The notes beneath the pieces are model-generated. The model was not told where the DNA came from. It did no database searches and saw nothing but the letters and a program-made list of their open reading frames with translations. Positions 34,801-40,030 of a DNA stretch of 40,030 bases are shown in pieces. The stretch is from Folioceros fuciformis (taxonomy: Eukaryota). A program made the translations under genes and the position numbers. Where the stretch lies: positions 18,201-58,230 of the forward strand of contig JBNGIO010006373.1 in assembly GCA_049999805.1 (NCBI GenBank), in the 5' to 3' direction. Numbering within the stretch: position 1 is the stretch's first letter; each line of letters begins with the position of its first letter.

Positions 34801-36257
34801 TGACTTGTAAGTGGGTCTTCAAGTTGAAAGTAAAAGCAGATGGTACCTTTGATAGGTACAAAGCCCGTTTGGTAGCAAGGGGCTTTACCCAAATTCCTGG
34901 ATTGGATTATCTCGAAACTTTTTCTCTAGTGGTCAAGCTTTCAACTCTCAGAATTATCCTGGCCATATCAACACACTTTGATTATGAGCTGTAGATGTAT
35001 GATGTGAAAACAGCTTTTCTGTATGGAAAGTTAGACATTGAAATCTACATGCAGCAGCCACTAGGATATGTGGTTAAAGGAAAGGAGCATCAAGCATGCA
35101 GACTAGTCAAATGCTTATACGGCTTGAAACAGTCAGCCATGAAGTGGAATGCAGCCCTAGAAACAGAATTGCTAGAGCTAGGTTTCACAAAGAGCCAAGC
35201 AGATAGTAGTTTATACATTTACCTCAAAGGGAATGTCATATGTTACTTGGCAGTCTACGTGGATGACCTGATTTTGTCAAGCAATAGTCAGGTCTTCATT
35301 ACACGTATAACAGATGTGTTAGCAACCAAATTCAGAATGAATTGCCTAGGACCTTTACAGAGCTATCTAGGAATTCATGTACAGAGAAACAGGCAAACTC
35401 GAGTCATGACATTGACGCAACCTCGTTACCTCTTAGACTGTGCTGAGCAGTTGGGTCTTAAGGATGCAAAACCTGTTTCTACACCCATGCCGTTTGGTCA
35501 GAAACTCAGCAAGCTGATGTCACCTTCAACTCAAGAAGACAAGGAGCAAATGAAAGGAATACCTTACAGGCAGGGAGTAGGCAAGCTGATATATGCAAGT
35601 AACACCACAAAACTGGAAGTTGCATATACTACCAGCGTGCTTTCTCAGTTTTTGGAAAATCCCGGAAAAGAACATTGGACAAACTTGAAACGAGCCTTCC
35701 GTTACCTGAAAGGCACAGCAAAGATAGGCATAGCCTATAAGCATCAAGAAAGAAAGCCACTTGACCTTGAAGTGTTTACGGATTCAGACTATGCAGGAGA
35801 CATCGATAGTAGGAAATCAGTTTCAGGCTATGTTATTTCAGTTGCTGGAGGGCCTGTGTGCTGGTCTAGCAAGAAGCAACCAACAGTTGCTCTTTCTTCA
35901 ACAGAGGCTGAATACAGGGTCCTGACAGCAGCAGCCAAAGAAATAGTGTGGTGTAAGCTCTTGTTCAAGGAACTAGGTATACAGATACCAACTTGCACAA
36001 CTATCCATATTGACAATCAGGGTTCAATGGCATTAGCAAGAAATCCAGTATTCCATGCACGTGCAAAGCATGTGGAGGTGGAATACCACTACATAAGAGG
36101 ACTTTTGACTGAAGAGAAAGTGGAGCTGCAGTATGTTCCGACACAGGATAACCCAGCAGATATACTTACCAAAGCTTTGAGCAAAGAAGCTCATTATAAG
36201 CACATGCAGCGTTTAGGGATGGGAGAGGCAGAAGCTCTCTTGTCCAACCTAAAATAA
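31863..36257 (+). pseudogene. Copia gag-pol polyprotein, single frame with premature stops
   Basis: Gag begins RFGGQDYDIWVIRMKGAL*NKKLW, with a probable start mutated to ATA at 31863 and a TAG at 31968. Then come a damaged zinc knuckle YNWCKLPGHWEREC, protease WYLDTGAT and GAG-pre-integrase WHKRLGH..CESC. Integrase reads VHTDLCGP/LRSDNGGEF/PQQNGVAER. RT reads YKARLVARGF, with a TAG at 34992, then DVKTAFL and YVDDL. RNase H reads FTDSDYAG..SSTEAEY..DNPADILTK. Confidence 0.93.
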
Positions 36258-37097
36258 CACAGAGTTCCTCTAAAGGCCCGAAGAGTTAGAGCTATCTGAA
36301 TCTTCTCTATCTCAACTCCTGACTGCAAGGTTTCGTAGATGGACTCATCTTCAGTTTCAGAACTTGAGCAGTTGACGGGCGACAGACGGTCTTGATTAGA
36401 CTTCACAACTTTCCCTTTACTTTCCAGCCCTCTTTCTTCTTTTAACTTCTTAGTAGACTCTGCACAACAAGAGGGAGATATCAGAAAATATCAAGAACAA
36501 CAAGAAATAGCAGCAGCAGTGAGAGCAACAAAGAAAGACTGTAAAGGACTTACTGTACACACTGACGACGTGCCCAGGGAAGCAACTGCAACGAAGAACT
36601 CTCACTCGCTTCATTATCAGTTGGTCCAGACCAATCCAGACCCTGTACCAGACAGGAGAACAAGGAACAGCGCGCGTGCTACAGGTCACAAGCTTGGTTA
36701 CTTCATCGTAGCTGGAGGGCCTTGGCAGCTTCACAGGGATACGGCCCTTGAAGCTGGTGTTGTAGTAGGAGACGTCCAAGTTCAGAACCCTGATGTGGGG
36801 CGTGACCTCTCCTCCTTCCGCTGGTTCTTCATGCCCTGGACTAGCTTCCGGCCTTGAGTCTTTGGTAGTTGTCCTTGGCGCAAAGCGACCTAGAGAGTCA
36901 CGATAGCGGCGCACCTTGGAAGAGCGTTCAGGTGACGAGGAATACATGGCGGCGGTAGCAGTATCCAGAAGGTAAGCGATATTCTGGCTGAGCACCTCAC
37001 AGAGCATCCTTGATGCAAGAAACAAGGCTGCTATAGACGCGGCAAACTGGAGCTTCACTGCCATCATGCTGAGGTAAGTACGCTTCACGATCTCCAT
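36194..37097 (-). CDS. Putative two-exon antisense gene (269 aa, unknown function) inside the Copia element
   Basis: Exon 1 is 37097-36554. The intron is 36553-36460 (94 nt; GTAAGT donor, CTGAT branch-like motif, pyrimidine tract, TGCAG acceptor). Exon 2 is 36459-36194. Splicing is phase-matched and joins two otherwise separate ORFs with no stop. Confidence 0.62.
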
Positions 37098-37220
37098 GTG
37101 GCGGCACAGTCCAGAGAGGCCGCAGCTGGAACGTAATCGAGTGTCTTGCGCCCCAACTTACTCACGAGGTGTGAACGTGGAAGGGGTATTAAACGGAATA
37201 TTCCCTACGTAATTACCAGC

Positions 37221-37229
37221 AAGTGGGAG
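37221..37229 (+). other. Polypurine tract
   Basis: AAGTGGGAG lies immediately before the 3' LTR. Confidence 0.7.
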
Positions 37230-37432
37230 TAATGGGATAAGTGCTGGAAATTACTTAAGGCACGTTTGGTTAAATATGGTTAAAACCCACGCACCCATTC
37301 GTTTGGGTTACGATGTTTCATAGGCAACGTTTCAGTTAGTTCTTGATGTTCATAAGATAAACTCATGTATATACTTTTTTAAGAATGTAATTATTTATTT
37401 TTATTTTTACATACATTTTCAATACTTTGAAA
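37230..37432 (+). repeat. 3' LTR
   Basis: It is a direct repeat of 30452-30654 and is followed by the TGCCA TSD. Confidence 0.92.
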
Positions 37433-38739
37433 TGCCATTCTCTAAGTTTCCTCAAAGGTCAAGACGAGAGCATGTAGGGGCGCTTCCCCTTTATCCTCTC
37501 ATTTCTTCCCAAGGGGAGGGGGAGGATGACAGCATGCTGGTGCCTTCCCCTCTCCTTTCCTCCCACCCTTCCACCAATATCTCTCGTGAGGGTTGCCCAT
37601 CCGTGAAGCTTCTACCTTACCTTTCACTCCATATGCAAATCGCATGATCTGCTGTTATACAAATCATTGGCAAGGGATCTCCCCTTCTCACCAATGATAA
37701 CTTCCCAGATGCCCTCCCTCAACCTTCCATGCCCTGCCCTGCCCTCTGCCCGCCTAAAACATTGCACAATTGCTACTTCAGCAAACGACATGCGATTGAT
37801 AGCGCTGACCAGCTAGTACCCTCCCATTGCCTCCTTTAAACCCTCCTTGCATGCCATTTCCCTTACTAGTAGGTAAGGTGTGGGCGCTGGCATGACCTTC
37901 CCTCCCATAAACCCTACGTGCATTCCCTATTGTTCATTGTCAACGAGGGTGGAGGCTTCAACATGCTAGTGCCTCACCTCTACATGACAATAAGCAAACC
38001 CTACACACAGAGCTCCAACATACCCTTGCCTGCGCTCCCTTTCCATCCCCTTTCCTTCCCTTTCTCCCCATTTTCCCCAAGGTGTACCATAGATCTTTGT
38101 ATAATAAACCTACGCTAGACCTTTGTATCCTAGAAGTAGTCTAGACCTTTTTATCCTAGATGAACCAAATCATTCTGTTCACGTTGTAGAGGTACCATGC
38201 TCACCGAAGTATTATAACACACACTCACCTAAACTGTAGGTATTGTGTTCACCAAAGTAATAATCCTAATACACTCACCTGCACCAAAGCATTCTCACAC
38301 ATTCACCAAGACCTTGCAAATTTCGACAAAAGAAGGACCCACCAAAGTATCCTACATGTACCTTGCTCTTACAAGTCTAGGCAAAACAAGGATCCACCAA
38401 AGTATCTTGGAGATTAAAAAACCCCGCTGCTCTTGCAGATCTCGACAAACAAGGACCCACTTGAAGTGGGCCTAACCTTGCTTTAGATACAAAAGAACCC
38501 CCAAGATTTATGGTTAATCAACTAGCCCATAATCAAACTTAGGTTTGTACCACATTAAGATATTAATCTAGATTAGAAAAAAAAACGTTGCATGAGTGAT
38601 TTTTTTTAATAATTATCAAGACTAGAGACAAGAAAATAGAAAATGTGGCTTCAGTGATCGGGTAATTTTTTTCCATAGCATAAAGAGTCGCTAGTGACAA
38701 TATGGGAAGATACAAGAATGATCAAAGCAGACATCTGCC

Positions 38740-39742
38740 CCCGCCGAAGTTATGACATCATATCGCTCCTGTACGAGAATGATAGCAGAGAACGCATGTC
38801 CTGGCCCCGCCTCTACAATTGTTTAACCCCCTCAAGCTCTAAGGTAATAGATCCATCTAAAACTTCCATAATCTACTCACAAGCCCATCCTAAGGAATAA
38901 ATCTACCACTCACAAGCCCGTCCTAAGGGATAAATCTATCACTCACAAGCCCGTCCTAAGGGATAAATCTATCACTCACAAGCCCGTCCTAAGGNNNNNN
39001 NNNNNNNNNNNNNNNNNNNNNNNNNNNNNNNNNNNNNNNNNNNNNNNNNNNNNNNNNNNNNNNNNNNNNNNNNNNNNNNNNNNNNNNNNNNNNNAGCCTA
39101 TCCTAAGGGACAAAAATACTACTCACAAGCCTGTCCTAAGAGATAGATCCATCTAAAACTTCCATAGTCCACTCACAAGCTCACCCTCGCTCGAGTTATG
39201 ACATCATATCACCCCTACAACCGTTCAACCTCTTCAAGGCCTAAGGGATAGACCCTTTTACAACTTACATAGTCCACTCACATGCCAGTTCAGATATGAG
39301 ATAAACACTAGCTTGGCCACATCGACCTCCATCCTCCTCAGGCCCAATCACTAGCTTGGCCACATCGATCTCCATCCTCCTCAGGCCCAATCAATCACTA
39401 GCTTAGCATATCGATCTCCATCCTCCTTGGGCCCTATCACTAGCTCGGCAGCACAGACCTCTATCCTCCTCAAGCCCAATCACTAGCTTGGCCACATTGA
39501 CCTCCATCCTCCCCATTTAAAACTTGCGTAGGGATAGACCCATTTAAAACTTTGTAGGGATAGACCCATTAAAAACTTTCATAGGGATAGACCCATTTAA
39601 AACTTTTGTAGGGATAGACCCATTTAAAATTTTCATAGGCTAGTTCTGATATGAGACCATCACTAGCTTAGCCAAATGGACCTCCATCCACTCATATGTC
39701 AGTTATGAGACCATCACTAGCTTGGCCACATCGACCTCCATC
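38740..39742 (+). repeat. Composite tandem-repeat block (33-nt, ~43-nt and ~28-nt units)
   Basis: TCTA(C/T)CACTCACAAGCCCGTCCTAAGGGATAAA occurs at least 4 times and runs into a gap. ATCACTAGCTTGGCCACATCGACCTCCATCCTCCTCAGGCCCA occurs ~5 times (39306-39512), with partial copies at 39659-39742. TAGGGATAGACCCATTTAAAACTTT occurs ~4-5 times (39513-39640). Confidence 0.88.
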
Positions 39743-40030
39743 CCACGAGGCTGGAGCAATATCCGTCCGCCAAGATGTGTCAAATCCGACCATGTATAAT
39801 AGCGTATACTATACAGATGCAAGAGAATACTACGACTATGAAGGCGGGCTAACTTATACTTAAACTATGATACTAAATGTGTGTATGTATGTCGTTTATG
39901 AACATACGATTCCACCGGCTCGAGCCCCATCCAGCCGTGAAGTTACAACCAAAAACTCAACCAAATACTTTACACGCGGCATTGGTATTTGCCACCAGAG
40001 TACAACCTGCATGTCAGCGCCGACTGGCAG

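Larger units (their letters stand above)
30452..37432 (+). mobile_element. Full-length Ty1/Copia LTR retrotransposon with two extra ORFs; gag-pol disabled
   Basis: It has two 203-nt LTRs (5 mismatches by eye), a TGCCA target-site duplication (30447-30451 and 37433-37437), a PBS, a PPT and gag-PR-IN-RT-RH domain order. Confidence 0.95.

Noticed and set aside
36450-36553. Cys-rich hydrophobic C-terminus suggesting an env-like transmembrane anchor
   Set aside because: It coincides with a well-formed intron (pyrimidine tract), so it is probably not translated. It is also antisense, unlike env genes.
38860-39742. CRISPR-like array
   Set aside because: The units are head-to-tail with no unique spacers, there are no cas genes, and the context is eukaryotic.
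39776-40030. Possible start of another LTR element (TGTCAAATCC...)
   Set aside because: No second copy, clear PBS or coding sequence lies within the window.

Overview
Eukaryotic nuclear DNA from a compact land-plant genome. Short 74-150 nt introns, dense genes and ~200 bp LTRs suggest a non-seed plant such as a hornwort or lycophyte; this is an inference. A gene-dense core (5.7-25.1 kb) holds seven conserved genes: a CRM/YhbY RNA-binding protein, a DUF309 protein, a TFIIS-central/SPOC (BORDER-like) protein, an ML/NPC2 lipid-binding protein, SUF4/ZNF207, HSP101/ClpB1 and a DNAJC25/DnaJ50-like J-protein. Transposon debris flanks the core: an L1/Tx1-like LINE, a hAT transposase, three fragments of a CRE-like (RLE) non-LTR element and a Sola1-like DDD transposase. 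The last is interrupted by a full-length ~7 kb Ty1/Copia element (30452-37432). The Copia element is the most unusual feature. It has non-TG..CA LTR ends, an intact 243-aa extra ORF upstream of gag, and an apparently spliced two-exon ANTISENSE gene (269 aa) between pol and the 3' LTR, whereas gag-pol itself carries premature stops. The window ends in a composite tandem-repeat block and contains four assembly gaps.
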